From the human T2T-CHM13v2.0 reference genome, Homo sapiens, in assembly GCF_009914755.1 (NCBI RefSeq), contig NC_060930.1: 64,000 bases of DNA. One strand, given 5' to 3'. Positions 31,394 to 45,920 of the stretch are shown piece after piece (positions within the stretch are counted from its first letter, which is position 1; the number at the start of each line of letters is the position of its first letter). A program made the position numbers and the translations under genes. A model generated the notes under the pieces. The model made no database searches, was not told the DNA's origin, and saw nothing but the letters and a program-made list of their open reading frames with translations.

Positions 31394-34048
31394 CTATAGT
31401 AGGTTGATCAGTGTTCAGTGGGCACTGAATGTGTACGGGTGTCTTATATCTGTAATAACATATCCTTTGACTCCAGAGCAATAGAGAGGAAAACAAAGGG
31501 ATTGTAGGTAAAACATAAGGATATGTTAAGGGAAAAATTGAGATATAAGACAGAGAAGTAAACTAATAGAGCATGCATGATCCTCTTAGGTATTGTCATC
31601 AGTCTCAAAGCAGAATAGCCTCATACAGAAAGCTCAGTGCCACATGAGGTTTGTAATGATGATTGTGTGATTTTTTTTTTCCTTGAGAATAGACAAGTAG
31701 GAAGGCAAGTGGTAGGCTTGGACCAAGATAAGAAATAAACCTGTTGGGTTTCTTATGTGAGGATATTGAGGATAGTGGGAAGAGTAATGTCAGACAGTTT
31801 GTAGGCTAGATGGAGTGGAACCATGGTCTGTAGCCTAGGATACTATATCACTATTAGTTTGGACTTCAACTAGTCTATAGATTTTTTTCTTTATTATTTA
31901 TTTTATTACAGGTAATTGGCCTTTTAATTGCTATTATATATGAGAGCAAAATAGAAGACTGACATTTTCTTATTAGTTCCAAATAACTAGATAAGTTAAT
32001 TTGCAGATGTATAAAATTTATTGAAATCACCTTTGACATGTGTTGTAACATTTTTAAAAAAATCATTAGTTATTGTGCTGCTGCTTCTCAGATATTTTTC
32101 AGTGCCACGAAAGCTTTTATTATCAGTTCAGTCCCTGCCCTTAAGGTTCATCTGACCTCCCTTCCCCTTCCACAGATTTGTATTAAGTGAATGATTTTTT
32201 CTGTATAAGCATTGGGGGGGATTGGGGGAGGTGGGATTTAAAGGTGAATAAGGGGTAGGCCCTTCACTAAAGAAGCGTATCTCCTGTTAGGAAACTGACT
32301 ATCTAAGCATAGAGTTGTTGGGTTAGCTTTGAAGTTGAAGACTGTGAATCTGTGTCTCAAGTAAAAATCTAGTAAAAAAAAAAAAATCTGTATTTCTAGC
32401 TCTCTGAATAATCCAGTCTTGCAATACTGAGCCTAAGTTCCTTCTTGGTTTAATTATCCAGAGTTGAGTAACAACAGTCCAGCCTACTCTGGGAGATGAT
32501 CAGGAAAATTCTGTGAAGACCCTGGGTACTTCCAGTGTCATATGGAACTATTTCCCTCCCCCCCACTTCTCATGTTAAGCAGGTAGAATTAAGACTTTTC
32601 ATGTTCATAAGCAGGGTTCACTAAGGTTTATATACTCCATCCCAGGAAAAAAACTAGATCATATAGTGCAGAACAGGACAGATAGATGTTAAGTCTACAC
32701 TTACATAGCACTACACATATATAGTAACATTACTTTGTTAAAAGTCCCTTGTTACAAAGTAACAACATTACTTTGTTAAAAGTCCTTTTTTGCTTAGAGA
32801 TGATTGCTCTTTAATGTTTCTGTTATAAACACATTAGAAACTTATTCATTGTTCCATATGAGGTGAGTTAAGATTTATTGTCCCCAACCCAGAGACATTG
32901 CCCCCTTTAGAAGAGGTGTGCACCATGTGCTCTCTCACTTGCCCACCCTACTCTTTGTCCACTTCATTAATGTACGTTACTTGCCTGTTTCTTACAAGTA
33001 TTTGAGGTTTGGTTTTGTTTACGTGTTCCTTAAAGGACAGTGGGAACAGACTTTGTTAGAAGGAGTCAGCAATGGCCTGGATTGGTGGTGATCTTTCTGA
33101 GGAAATCTTTGTCCAAGTGAGGCAAGGGATTGACTGTTTCCCAGGACCCTTTCGGTGTGATAGAAATAGCAGCTAGTTGATACCCCATAGGTTGTTTTTT
33201 TTTTTTTTTTTAAAAAGAAAAGAAATAGCAGCTAGCCTTGGTAGATGGCAGAGGAATGGGGCTGGGAGAGATTAAGTGTTTATCTGGCCTTTCTGGAAGG
33301 AATGAACTTTGGTCTGGATTCTTGGTATAGTAGTAAAAAATTAAGTTAGCAGTGTCTAGTTTAGATCCAATATTTCTATTTGTTTTATCATTAAAATATA
33401 GAAGTTTAAAAACTAAAACTTTCTATCTTGTATCTCTGTAGCTGTCTCATTTCCCTAATTAATACTCCACTAGGTAATTATTATTAAGATTAAAATTTGA
33501 TATTTAATCTTTCTGACATTCTTCTATGCACATACATGCATTTTTAATACTTAAAATCGCATACACACTCCCTGGTTGCCGGTCCCTTTTCCCTCTATTA
33601 TTGTGGACATGTTTCCATATCATTTCATATAGATCAACCTTATTCTTTCTCATGGCTACATAATTCCATAGTATGCATTTGTAATATCTTTAACCAGATT
33701 GGTAGACACTTACTTATATTGTTGCCTTTTACATACATCCGTGTATCCTTGTGGGGAGTATACTGGTAGGGTAAATTTCTGGAAGTGAAATTGCTGGATC
33801 AAAGAATCAACACATTTTAAATTGATAGGTTCAAACTATCCTCCAGAAAAGATTATGGCAATTTATGTTTCCAAAAACAGTGTGAAATATCTTCTTAGAG
33901 ATTATTAGTCTTAAATATTTGCTAGCCCAAGAGTTAATTTTGATTAACTCTTGATTTTATATTTTCTTAGTTATGACAGGTTTAACATTTATTTTCTATA
34001 TGGAAAGCAATATTATTTTGATAAGCAAATCAATTTTTTAAACTGTTT

Positions 34049-34347
34049 GTTTGTTTGTTTTTTTGGAGACAGAGTAAGCTTGCTCTGTTGCCCAGGCTGG
34101 AGTGCAGTGGTGTGATCTCAGCTCATGGTACCTCTGCCTCCGGGGTTCAATTAATTTTGCCTCAGCCTCCCAAGTAGCTGGGACTACAGGTGCACGCCGC
34201 CATGCCTGGCTAATTTTTTGTATTTTAGTTGAGACAGGGTTTCACTGTGTTGCTCAGGCTGGTCTCAAGCTCCTGAGCTCAGACAATCCTCCTGTCTTGG
34301 CCTCCCAAAGTGCTAGGATTACACACGTGAGCCACCGCACCCAACTG
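34049..34347 (-). mobile_element. Alu (J/S)
   Basis: (TTTG)n tail and dimer. TSD aaactgttt. Confidence 0.9.
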
Positions 34348-34814
34348 AAACTGTTTTTGAAATGTGATTACAGCCAATACTTTTTAAAAGTATACTTCGT
34401 AAATTCATATAAAATATTGATAGTGTTCTATATTTTTTGAATAGTTGGCATAAAGAGCCATTTTAAAACATACAAATTATTATTTACATCTTTGAAATAA
34501 TTGTTATGCTTTACAAAGGGACTTTATTCAGCATAATGTGTCTTTAGCAAACAGATCATTCTAATTGGTTTTAAATATTTTATTAAGAGTTCTAAATTTT
34601 CTGGTATTTAAATTTTTGCTCATTTGTCAGAGCAATAGAGAATAGTCCCTATATAGGTAATATACTGGTAATCTCTGAATTTTGCTTCTTTGGATTTTTA
34701 AATCTTGTTCATTGGTGGCTATGTTTCACTTTTCATGATTTTAATTAGTAATTTACTACTTTGTATATGACTTCCTTATTCCTGCATTCTATTTAATGTC
34801 ATATTTTTTCAAGA

Positions 34815-34830
34815 CAGCCATCTAGTGGCA
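34815..34830 (-). promoter_or_regulatory. Candidate CTCF site
   Basis: Minus strand TGCCACTAGATGGCTG matches the CTCF core CCASYAGRKGGC. Confidence 0.55.
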
Positions 34831-35010
34831 AATAAGAGAAATGAAGGATCCCAAGTACACCATGAAAATTGTTTCATTAGTATGCCTATGAGAAATGAAG
34901 TTTGCTGTGTTACTGAATGTAGCAGATGTTTCAGTTGGTATGTTGCATGTATATGAAAAAATACACATAGGCAATCACAAATTTATATTTTTAAATATTA
35001 AGAGTAAGCT

Positions 35011-35350
<340 letters not shown>

Positions 35351-35417
35351 TTATACATAATAGATAAATTTGGTACCATATGAGCACTCAGCAAGAGTGC
35401 CTTAGGTTTTATTTTTT

Positions 35418-37190
35418 TGGTTTTTTTTTCAGTAAGTATTTATTTTTTTATTTTTTTATTTTTTTATTTCTTTTTGGTTTTGATTTATATATATTTTTTT
35501 TAATTGATCATTCTTGGGTGTTTCTCGCAGAGGGGCATTTGGCAGGGTCATAGGACAATAGTGGAGGGAAGGTCAGCAGATAAACAAGTGAACAAAGGTC
35601 TCTGGTTTTCCTAGGCAGAGGACCCTGGGGCCTTCCGCAGTGTTTGTGTCCCTGGGTACTTGAGATTAGGGAGTGGTGATGACTCTTAACGAGCATGCTG
35701 CCTTCAAGCATCTGTTTAACAAAGCACATCTTGCACCGCCCTTAATCCATTTAACCCTGAGTGGACACAGCACATGTTTCAGAGAGCACCAGGTTGGGGG
35801 TAAGGTGATAGATCAACAGCATCCCAAGGCAGAAGAATTTTTCTTAGTACGGAACAAAATAGAGTCTCCTATGTCTACTTCTTTCTACACAGACACAGCA
35901 ACAATCTGATTTCTCTATCTTTTCCCCACATTTCCCCCTTTTCTATTCGACAAAACCGCCATCGTCATCATGGCCCGTTCTCAATGAGCTGTTGGGTACA
36001 CCTCCCAGACGGGGTGGCGGCCGGGCAGAGGGGCTCCTCAATTCCCAGAAGGGGCGGCCGGGCAAAGGCACCCCTCACCTCCCGGACGGGGCGCCAGCTG
36101 GGCAGAGGCGCCCCCCCACCTCCTGGACGGGGCGGCTGGCCAGGCGGGGGCTGCCCCCCACCTCCCTCCCTGACGGGGCGGCTGGCGGGCCGGGGGCTGG
36201 CCCCCACCTCCCTCCCAGACGGGGTGGCTGGCCGGGCGGGGGCTGCCCCCCACCTACCTCCCGGATGGGGCGGCTGGCTGGGCGGGGGCTGCCCCCCACC
36301 TCCCTCCCTGATGGGGCGGCTGGCCGGGCGGGGGCTGCCCCCCACCTCCCGGACAGGGCGGCTGCCGGGCGGAGACGCTCCTCACTTCCCAGACGGGGCG
36401 GCTGCCGGACGGAGGGGCTCCTCACTTCTCAGACGGGGCGGCTGCCGGGCGGAGGGGCTCCTCACTTCTCAGACGGGGCGGCTGGGCAGAGACACTCCTC
36501 ACCTCCCAGACGGGGTCGCGGCTGGGCAGAGGCGCTCCTCACATCCCAGACGGGGCGGTGGGGCAGAGGCGCTCCCCACATCTCAGACAATGGGCGGCCG
36601 AGCAGAGACGCTCCTCACTTCCTAGACGGGATGGCGGCCGGGAAGAGGCGCTCCTCACTTCCCAGACTGGGCAGCCGGGCAGAGAGGCTCCTCACATCCC
36701 AGACGATGGGTGGCCAGGCGGAGACGCTCCTCACTTCCCAGACGGGGTGGCGGCCGGGCAGAGGCTGCAGTCTCAGCACTTTGGGAGGCCAAGGCAGGCG
36801 GCTGGGAGGTGGAGGTTGTAGCGAGCCGAGATCAGACCACTGCACTCCAGCCTGGGCAACATTGAGCACTGAGTGAACGAGACTCCATCTGCAATCCCGG
36901 CACCTCGGGAGGCCAAGGCTGGCAGATCACTCGCGGTTAGGAGCTGGAGACCAGCCCGGCCAACACAGCGAAACCCCGTCTCCACCAAAAAAATATGAAA
37001 ACCAGTCAGGCGTGGCGGCATGCGCCTGCAATCTCAGGCACTCAGCAGGCTGAGGCAGGAGAATCAGGCAGGGAGGTTGCAGTGAGCAGAGATGGTGGCA
37101 GTACAGTCCAGCTTCAGCTCGGCATCAGAGGGAGACCGTGGAAAGAGAGGGAGAGGGAGACCCGTGGCGGTGGGTGGGGGAGGGGGAGGG
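35418..37190 (-). mobile_element. Full-length SVA retrotransposon (SVA_B/C-like), antisense to ZNF292, in intron 5
   Basis: T-rich tail about 35418-35500, SINE-R about 35501-35995, GC-rich VNTR about 35996-36760, Alu-like domain about 36770-37125, and short degenerate (CCCTCT)n head about 37127-37190. 13-bp TSD ggttttatttttt at 35405 and 37191. Confidence 0.97.
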
Positions 37191-37203
37191 GGTTTTATTT
37201 TTT

Positions 37204-37518
<315 letters not shown>

Positions 37519-37801
37519 TAAGAGTGGCTTAGGTTTTAGAAGAACAACAAAAATGATAAGATTAAAAATAAATGAGACTTTCAAGAAATACGGATTTTTA
37601 TTAAACCCGAACAAGTAAAAATCTGTATTTAGCAGCATATGAATATATGGCCTTAGTATTCCTGTGCAGGTGGAATTCTGGAAAGATCACAGACTATGAA
37701 GCTAAACTTAGGTTGACATCTTGACTTTGCCACTAAGTGCATAACTTTGAGCAAAGAACTTAACGCTTAGGCCTTCTTTCTTTAAAAGAAGTATTAGCAT
37801 T

Positions 37802-38115
37802 GGCTGAGCACCGTGGCTCATGCCTGTAATCCCAGCACTTTGGGAGGCCGAGGCAGGTGGATCACGAGGTCAGGAGATCGAGACCATCCTGGTTAACACA
37901 GTGAAACCCCATCTCTACTAAAAATACAAAACATTAGCTGGGCGTGGTGGCACGCACCTGTAGTCTCAGCTACTCAGGAGGCTAAGGCAGGAGAGTCGCT
38001 TGAACCTGGGAGGCGGAGGTTGCAGTGAGCTGAGATGGCACCACTGTGCCCCAGCCTGAGCAACAGAGCAAGACTCCGTCTCATAAATAAATAAATAAAT
38101 AAATATATAAAATAA
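37802..38115 (+). mobile_element. AluSc-like
   Basis: Full dimer with (TAAA)n tail. Confidence 0.93.
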
Positions 38116-38199
38116 AGTGGTGGCATCTACCAGGCAGCATTGCATGAGTGTCACAGGGTAATTGTTTAACGTAATTTTGAATAAAATATATTGTGATGA

Positions 38200-38518
<319 letters not shown>

Positions 38519-38590
38519 AGAGCTTGGATCTTTAATGTCAGCCAGACATGATTGGATTTGTGGCTTAACCACTTAACTAGCACATTCATA

Positions 38591-38821
38591 CAGGTGGTCC
38601 CCCAATTTATGATCGTTCAGCTTACTATTTTTCAGCTCTACAACGGTGCGAAAGTGGTACACATTCAGTAAGTTTCTGGACGTATGAGGGGGTTACATCT
38701 AGATAAACTTACTTTGAATTGAAAATACTTTAAGTCAAAAATGCACTTTCAACTTAACATTATTTTCAACTTAGGATGGGCGTGTTGGGATGTAGCCCCA
38801 TCATAAGTCGCAGACCATCTG
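38591..38821. mobile_element. TcMar-Tigger MITE (MER47/Tigger5-like)
   Basis: TA flanks, terminal inverted repeats caggtggtc / gaccatctg, and internal ggggttacatc..gataaac motif. Confidence 0.7.
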
Positions 38822-40273
38822 TATATAAAATGTTAGTGATAATACCTACCTAGTGGGAAAGTTATGATTAATAATATATATAAAATGTCTGACAGTGTGT
38901 TTAACATATTGTAGATATTTTTAAATCTTTACTTTATAAATATATATCCTTCGGTCTTTTTTTATTTGCTTAAATCAAGTTGCTTATAAAGATTTGTTGA
39001 AAAAGAGGCAGACAGAGGAGTAGTGGGAACAACACTGTACCAGGTAGCATAAGACTAGATTTCAGTCTTAACTCTTCCACTAACTTCATAATTCCTGTGG
39101 GTAATCATTTATGTTGAACACACGATTTTTTTTTCTTGTCTTAGTGTTTTCTAAGAAGGCCCAATTTAATGTGTAAAATAGAACCTGTGAACCTATTGCC
39201 CCACAGCGTTTATCCTTATTATCAAAGATTGACCTCAGGATTACCCGCATTCTCCATTTACATGCTTGTTGAATCCTAAACACATTACATTTTACACATG
39301 CACATTTTGCTTACTCAATATTTTATGAAAGAGAGAAAATCAACTAGGAGAGGCATAGTCTCTGTGGTACGTGAGTGCTAATGGTCTGTTTTGTCTTCAG
39401 TTCTTTTTGCCATCTGTCAGTTGTACCATATTGGAATTAATCTTTCTATTCTGTGGAACACTGGTAATTTGTGATTGTATGCTGTTTGTCAGATCCCTTG
39501 TCTTATAGCAGATGCTTGTAGCAATCACAGGTAAAGTCTGTTCGTTTTATATAGTACATCATTGTAATGAGATAATAAATTTTAATTTTTTTAAAAAGAA
39601 ATCATAGATGTAAGTGCATCATTAAATGAAGCAAGTTGCCTTCATCTAGGTTATACGTACACATGCATGACTGTTGGCAAGCTTTGAGATGGAGTAAATT
39701 TATATGAAAAGAAAAATAGTGGAGATTTATAGAAAATTGAGGTGAGCTTATTTTAAAAGTGGTACAGTTACATAAAATGCTTCATACTATATTTTTCCCT
39801 CATGAATAGATACGTAGTTTATTAGTCTATACCCAGTGTACCTCTCTGTGTGTCTCTGTTGATTCTAATGCTTGTTTAAATCAGTGGATAAAAGGGGAAA
39901 AAATAAAAGTACTGCATTTTTTTTTCATGATCAGATCTGATTTAATGGGTAGAGATTGCTTATAGTTATCATCAGTTAGTTACATATAAATGCTTGTAAA
40001 TTCTTAAATAGTTGGTTCTCCGGTGTTTCTTAATTTTCTCAGAATTACTATATAAATTTCTACTGGCTATAAAGAAAGGTTTTTTTTTTTTTTTTTAACT
40101 GCAGCCAGTCTTTGTCCCAGTAATGACAAATTATAACTGACTTGATAGTGTATGAATTAATGGCATTTTATTCATAAAAACTATCTAAATATTTAATGAA
40201 AACTAAAGGTATATTGCTCTATATTCTAATATAAAACCATTTTGTGGCATATTTCTATTGGCTTTTTCTTTAG

Positions 40274-40410
40274 ATTTCAGAAGTTGATTGCAAAGATGCA
40301 CTGGAAATGATCTGTAACTTAGAATCTGAGGGTGATGAAAAAAGCGCTCTTGTTTTATGTACTGCGTTTTTGTCACGTCAGCTCCAACAAGGAGATATGT
40401 ACTGCGCTTG
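40274..40410 (+). CDS. ZNF292: ZNF292 coding exon 6 (137 nt, ISEVDCKDALEMICNLE...DMYCAW)
   Basis: Acceptor ctttttctttag| and donor TG|gtgagt. Phase 0 in, phase 2 out. Confidence 0.96.
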
Positions 40411-41757
40411 GTGAGTTGATCTTTTTTTTTTTAAAGAAATATTTGTTAAATAAGAATGCAAAATAGGCTGTGAGAATTCATATAACTTAGGAACATAATT
40501 TAAAATCTTTTTAAGACAAAAGGCTTATATTTAGATATTACATGCTGTGCAAACTTATTATCGAGTAGTTGTTACAACTCAAAACTTTGTGTATTAAAGG
40601 CCACACAATTCCTTAGCATGCATACCAGGAATTATCTTTGGTCAGGAAATTTTTAAGTGTTAGAAAGTGAAAGAAAGACTTGTTTTGTCTAATGCCACCA
40701 TAACATTTTTTTAGATATGTAAGCAATACATTTCTTTTTATGGTACATTTTCAGTTGGGTATAGCTTGTTATATGTAATCCTTTGGGAGGCTACAGGAAA
40801 CAGAGATCTTGGTTTCAGTTAATGTAAAAACTGAAGATCAGCTGCCTTAAATTAGCTTAGCTAACACTGACAATTTATCTGGTCAGTCAACAGCACTATT
40901 AGTCTTCAGTGTTGTGTTGATATTATGGGAACACATAAGAAAATTTGATTTATAAAATTCCAACATTTAAGAATATTTACCAAATGACAGCATACAAATG
41001 AATAATAGAACAGCCAAGGTAAATCAATGGTTGTGTAATCAATAAAGATTGAAGCTTATAAAGGATTTCTGAGCATTGAGCCTCGTTATGAAGGAAAAAT
41101 AGTATATGCAATACAGAGAGGCTTGGTGTGAAAGGCAGAAAGATTCTGAAGGGAGAATAAATAAGAAGTATTTATCCAGGACAAGTGTAATAGGTTTTCT
41201 AGTTATACCAGCATGAAAATCAGTGATGACTAAGAAATTAATGTGTTTTGTTGGTTTTTACAAAGGCATCAAAAGCTGAGTTTCATATGCTAAGCAAAAG
41301 CAGTCCATTATAAGCTCTTGAAGGGCAACATAGAAGTTTATGTTTAAGAAACACTGTTGAAGATAAGCAGTTGTGAGTTGATTGATGACTCAGTAGTGAG
41401 GGCAGAGTTGGGCAAAGAAGTAGTAGTACAGAGTTCAGACAGAAAATCACCTGGAAAGCCAGTAAATCAACTGGGAAATTACTGTGGCACAGATTGGTTT
41501 CTTCTGGGTTTTTTGTCATCATTGGTTCTTATATTCATCTAATAATAATAACCTTATTGTCAATTTTAAATTTGTTAGAAGATAAAAGAGAAATGCTGTT
41601 TAAAAATCATGTCATTGATTTTTTTTATATATATATTATATATACACATGCACACACATATATACGTACACACACATATCTTGAGCTTTCTTATTACATA
41701 AAGTTCACATGTGGCTCAAAGTCATCATCTGTAAAACTTGTTTAAATGTTAAATGCT

Positions 41758-42047
41758 GGCCGGGCACAGTGGCTCATGCCTGTAATCCCAGCACTGTGGG
41801 TGGCCGAGGTGGGCGGATCACCTGAGGTCAGGAGTTTGAGACCAGCCTGGCCAACATGGTGAAACCCCATCTCTACTAAAAATACAAAAATTAACCAGGC
41901 ATGGCAGTGCGCGCCTGTAATCCCAGCTACTCAGGAGGCTGAGGCAGAAGAATCGCTTGAACCCGGGAGGCAAGGTTGCAGTGAGCCGAGATTGCGTCAC
42001 TGCACTTCAGCCTGGGTGACAGTGAGACTGTCTCAGAAAAAAAAAAA
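41758..42047 (+). mobile_element. AluSx
   Basis: TSD aaatgtta(a/g)atgct. Confidence 0.95.
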
Positions 42048-42301
42048 TGTTAGATGCTTTCCTAGTAGAAGGTAGTGCTTCTCTGGGACTGAAAAATATT
42101 AATTAATAAAATGATAAATCATATTCTGATTTTATTTGGTATTTAGAAAATTGGGATCTGTTTTCTTGCATTTTAACTTAAGCATGCATATAGGATTGGA
42201 ATATAAAACCAGTTTTAATTTCAAATGTAATGACTGGACTGATGTCCATGATTATTACCTTACTGCTCCAACTTTTCTTATTATAACTTTTTTTTTTTAA
42301 G

Positions 42302-42443
42302 GGAACTTACTCTCTTTTGGAGTAAATTACAACAAAGAGTAGAACCATCTATACAAGTGTACCTTGAGAGGTGTCGTCAACTTTCTTTGTTAACGAAAAC
42401 AGTATATCACATTTTCTTCCTGATTAAAGTTATTAATTCAGAG
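42302..42443 (+). CDS. ZNF292: ZNF292 coding exon 7 (142 nt, ELTLFWSKLQQRVEPS...IKVINSE)
   Basis: Acceptor (t)n-aag| and donor GAG|gtaaga. Completes TG-G (Trp). Phase 0 out. Confidence 0.96.
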
Positions 42444-42749
42444 GTAAGAATAATCAGAATATTTTTAAGGTTAAAATGTGTACATTATCATTAATAAAAG
42501 ACTATAACTTTTATGATTTTGGCTCCCTTTTCAGTGATTTTTAAATTTTTTCAGTTAGTCCTTTGAACATTTTCTTGTTAGTCCTTTAAGATATTTGATA
42601 CAGAAAAACTTAAAAATGCAGTTGAGAACCAGGGACTTGTTCTTAGCCAGAAGAAAAGTAATATGTAATACTTAAATTATATCATTCTTCTGTTTTGGTT
42701 CTAGGGGTTATACTACTTTGATAATTTGGCTATAGAAATTTAAAAAGTA

Positions 42750-43062
<313 letters not shown>

Positions 43063-43387
43063 TTAAAAGTATAAAGAAAAATATATAGTGCTAGGTTCCT
43101 CTGCTAGCAGAAGGGAAGATTACATTATCTGAAATTTTACAAACAGCCACAAATACGTGATAAAATAAAACAAACATCTTTTTTTAGTGTATAGCAGCTG
43201 AGATTGCAGGAATATTTGGGCTCAAAAGGTAAAACCTAAAAACGGGAACAGAAAGCTTGAACTGATGCTGAGTCTCACCTAACCTGGAGATTGGGATATG
43301 TTGCTTCTTGCAGTGACTAAGTAGCTGGAAGTTTGATATCTACACAGGGACAGGAGATAGCTATACGGATATAAGATCCTGGGCCAG

Positions 43388-43985
43388 GCCAGGCTGCTCA
43401 CATCCATAGTCCCAGTACTTTGGGAGGCCAAGGTGGGCGGATGACTTGAGGTCAGAAGTTTGAGATCAGCCTGGCCAACATGATGAAACCCCATCTCTAC
43501 TAAAGTAAGTACAAAAGTTAGCCAGAATTGATGGCGCCTGCCTGTAGTCCCTGCTGAGGTGGGAGGATGGCTTGAACCTCAGAGGCAGCGATTACAGTGA
43601 GCCGAGATTGCACCACTGCGCTCCAGCCTGGGTGACAAGCAAGATCCTGTCTCAAAAACAAAAAGCAGGCCGGACGGACATGGTGGCTCACGCCTGTAAT
43701 CCCAGCATTTTGGGAGGCCAAGGCGGGTGGATCACATAAGCCCAGAAGTTCAAGACCAGCCTGGCCAACATGGCAAAACCATGCTCTACTAAAAATAAAG
43801 AAAATTAGCTGTTCATGGTGGCAGGTGCCTGTAGTCCCAGCTACTCTGGAAGCTGAGACACAGGAATCGCTTGAGCCCAGGAGGTGGAGGTTACAGTGAG
43901 CTGGAGGTTACAGTGAGCCAAGGTTATACCACTGCACTCCAGCCTGGGAAACAGAGTGAGACTTGGTCTTAAAAAAAAAAAAAAA
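43388..43985 (+). mobile_element. Two head-to-tail Alus inside one TSD
   Basis: Alus at about 43388-43665 and 43668-43985. Shared TSD aagatc(c/t)tgggccag at 43373 and 43986. Second copy has an internal duplication of ggaggttacagtgagc. Confidence 0.88.
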
Positions 43986-44070
43986 AAGATCTTGGGCCAG
44001 CTCTTCTTGTCTACTTGGGTAGGTAGATCTGAAACAACCACCCCCTCACCACCGCCCCCTGCCACCCGCA

Positions 44071-44123
44071 ACACACACACACACATGCGCACGCACGTGC
44101 ATGCATGCATGCATGCATGCACA
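44071..44123. repeat. Compound (AC)n/(ATGC)n alternating purine-pyrimidine tract, 53 bp
   Basis: Direct reading; uninterrupted RY alternation. Confidence 0.95.
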
Positions 44124-45269
44124 ATCACTACATGAAGCTGGAACCTGTGAAGTACTTTAATTTTATTGAAAAGGTAGACTAGAAAAATAATACTGTCTAA
44201 CACATATGGATGGTAGGGAATTTTAGGTATGTCCAACTGGACTCTGGGTCAGAGGAGGAAAATCTTTAGGAAGTTATAACTACAAGTCTACCCTCATACA
44301 GATTTGGGAGCCACATTTACCCTAGCTGTGTAGTTCAGAAATCCGTATGCCAAGTAAGTTAATGTTTAAGAAGGTGAGGATGAATACCTAAGATTCCTGC
44401 AGAAGAAAATGCAGAACTGCTTTAGGAGGGACATATTGTCAACACAGGCGTCTCATAAAGCCCTGCTTTAACATGAGTTCACCATTAAGATTTATAAACA
44501 TACAAAACTATCTGACCTGAGTGATTTTCAGCAAAGGAATAATAGGATTACTTGCCTAATACTTTAAATAATATAATTATGGAAAAATCTAGGAAGTATA
44601 TGTATTTAAACACTTAAAATTTAGGAATTAAAGTATGAGAAAGTATCAAAATGACCAAGCAGATCGTAAAAAGAGTCAAAAGAACGTTTGGAAATAAACA
44701 TACATAGTTATCGAAATGAAAATTTTAGCAGATGGATTATACAGATTAGACACAACTGAAGAGGGAGTTAATGAACAGAGGTTGTATATGTGCTTCCACT
44801 TATTTTTTACTATTAAGTATTAATAAATCAGAACTCCAGTTTCATAAAGTTACTGATTTTCTTATAGTAACCTTTGTAGAAATGCAGTTGATTTCCATTT
44901 AAATGTACATAGGAAACACCTTCCAAAGGTGCTACCATTGTGTAGAATCTAAAAACTGAGATGCAGCATGATAACAAGAAGTATTTTTAAATGAATTTTT
45001 TATTTGTTTTTTATTTGTATTTTGTAATTGTTTTTGAAAGGAAAGACCAAAAGATACTTCCCTATCCCTCTTTATAAGTACCTTTTAAAATCTGTCATTG
45101 GTCAGTAAGTCTTAGATGTATCTTCATTTTTCTCTTCTAAAAATAATTTCATTTTCAGGAGGAAAGAATATGAATGAATCCTGCTTTCCAGTTTTTCCTC
45201 TGTCAACCTTGTTAACTTGTCCTGATTTTTCATTTATATATTGTGGTGCTGCAGTTAAAAAATAAAGTA

Positions 45270-45403
45270 GCTGGGCATGGGAGTGCACGCCTGAGTCCCA
45301 GGCTAGTTGGGAAGCTGAGGCTAGAGGATCACTTGAGCCCCAGATTTCAAGACCAGCCTGGGCAACACAGCAAGACCCTGTCTCCAAAACAAAACAAACA
45401 AAA
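45270..45403 (+). mobile_element. Alu monomer (FLAM-like)
   Basis: Single 7SL-derived arm with (AAAAC)n tail. Confidence 0.75.
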
Positions 45404-45697
45404 ACCTGAAAGGGGCCAATAATAAATTTCCTATGAAACTACTATGCAGTTTTAAATCATAGGTTGTGCCACTAACTTAAAGAGCAGCATGACAGAGTAG
45501 AGTAGAAAGAACTTGGAACTAGAAGCCAAACTGGCTATAAATCTTGACTTGCAATTGACCTTAATCACCATAGGTTTCATTATTAAATCAGATGAATGGA
45601 GGAGGTTAGGTAAAAGTGACCATCCTTCTTCAGTCTTACTCACCACTCATAAAGAGACCATGGTGGGCCAGAGGATGGGGTGCAAAATACTGGACAA

Positions 45698-45827
45698 GAG
45701 CTGCATTGTCCATTATGGTAGTCACATTTTAGTTGCTGAGTAGCTCCATGTTGCTAGTGGCAATCCTACTGGACAGCACAGATATAGAACATTCCTGTTA
45801 TCACTAATAGTTCTGTTGGGTAACACT
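45698..45827. mobile_element. MER3-like hAT MITE
   Basis: ctagtggc...tactggacagcacagatatagaacatt motif. Confidence 0.6.
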
Positions 45828-45920
45828 ATTCCAGAGAGTTTGGGTTCAGAATTAGAGTATATAAAAAAGCAGTTAAAAGTATGAATAGCTTTGGAAGTTG
45901 GCCATGGCAGCAGCCTTCTT

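Noticed and set aside
35996-36760. Repeat array superficially like a CRISPR array
   Set aside because: Tandem SVA VNTR units without unique spacers, in a primate intron.
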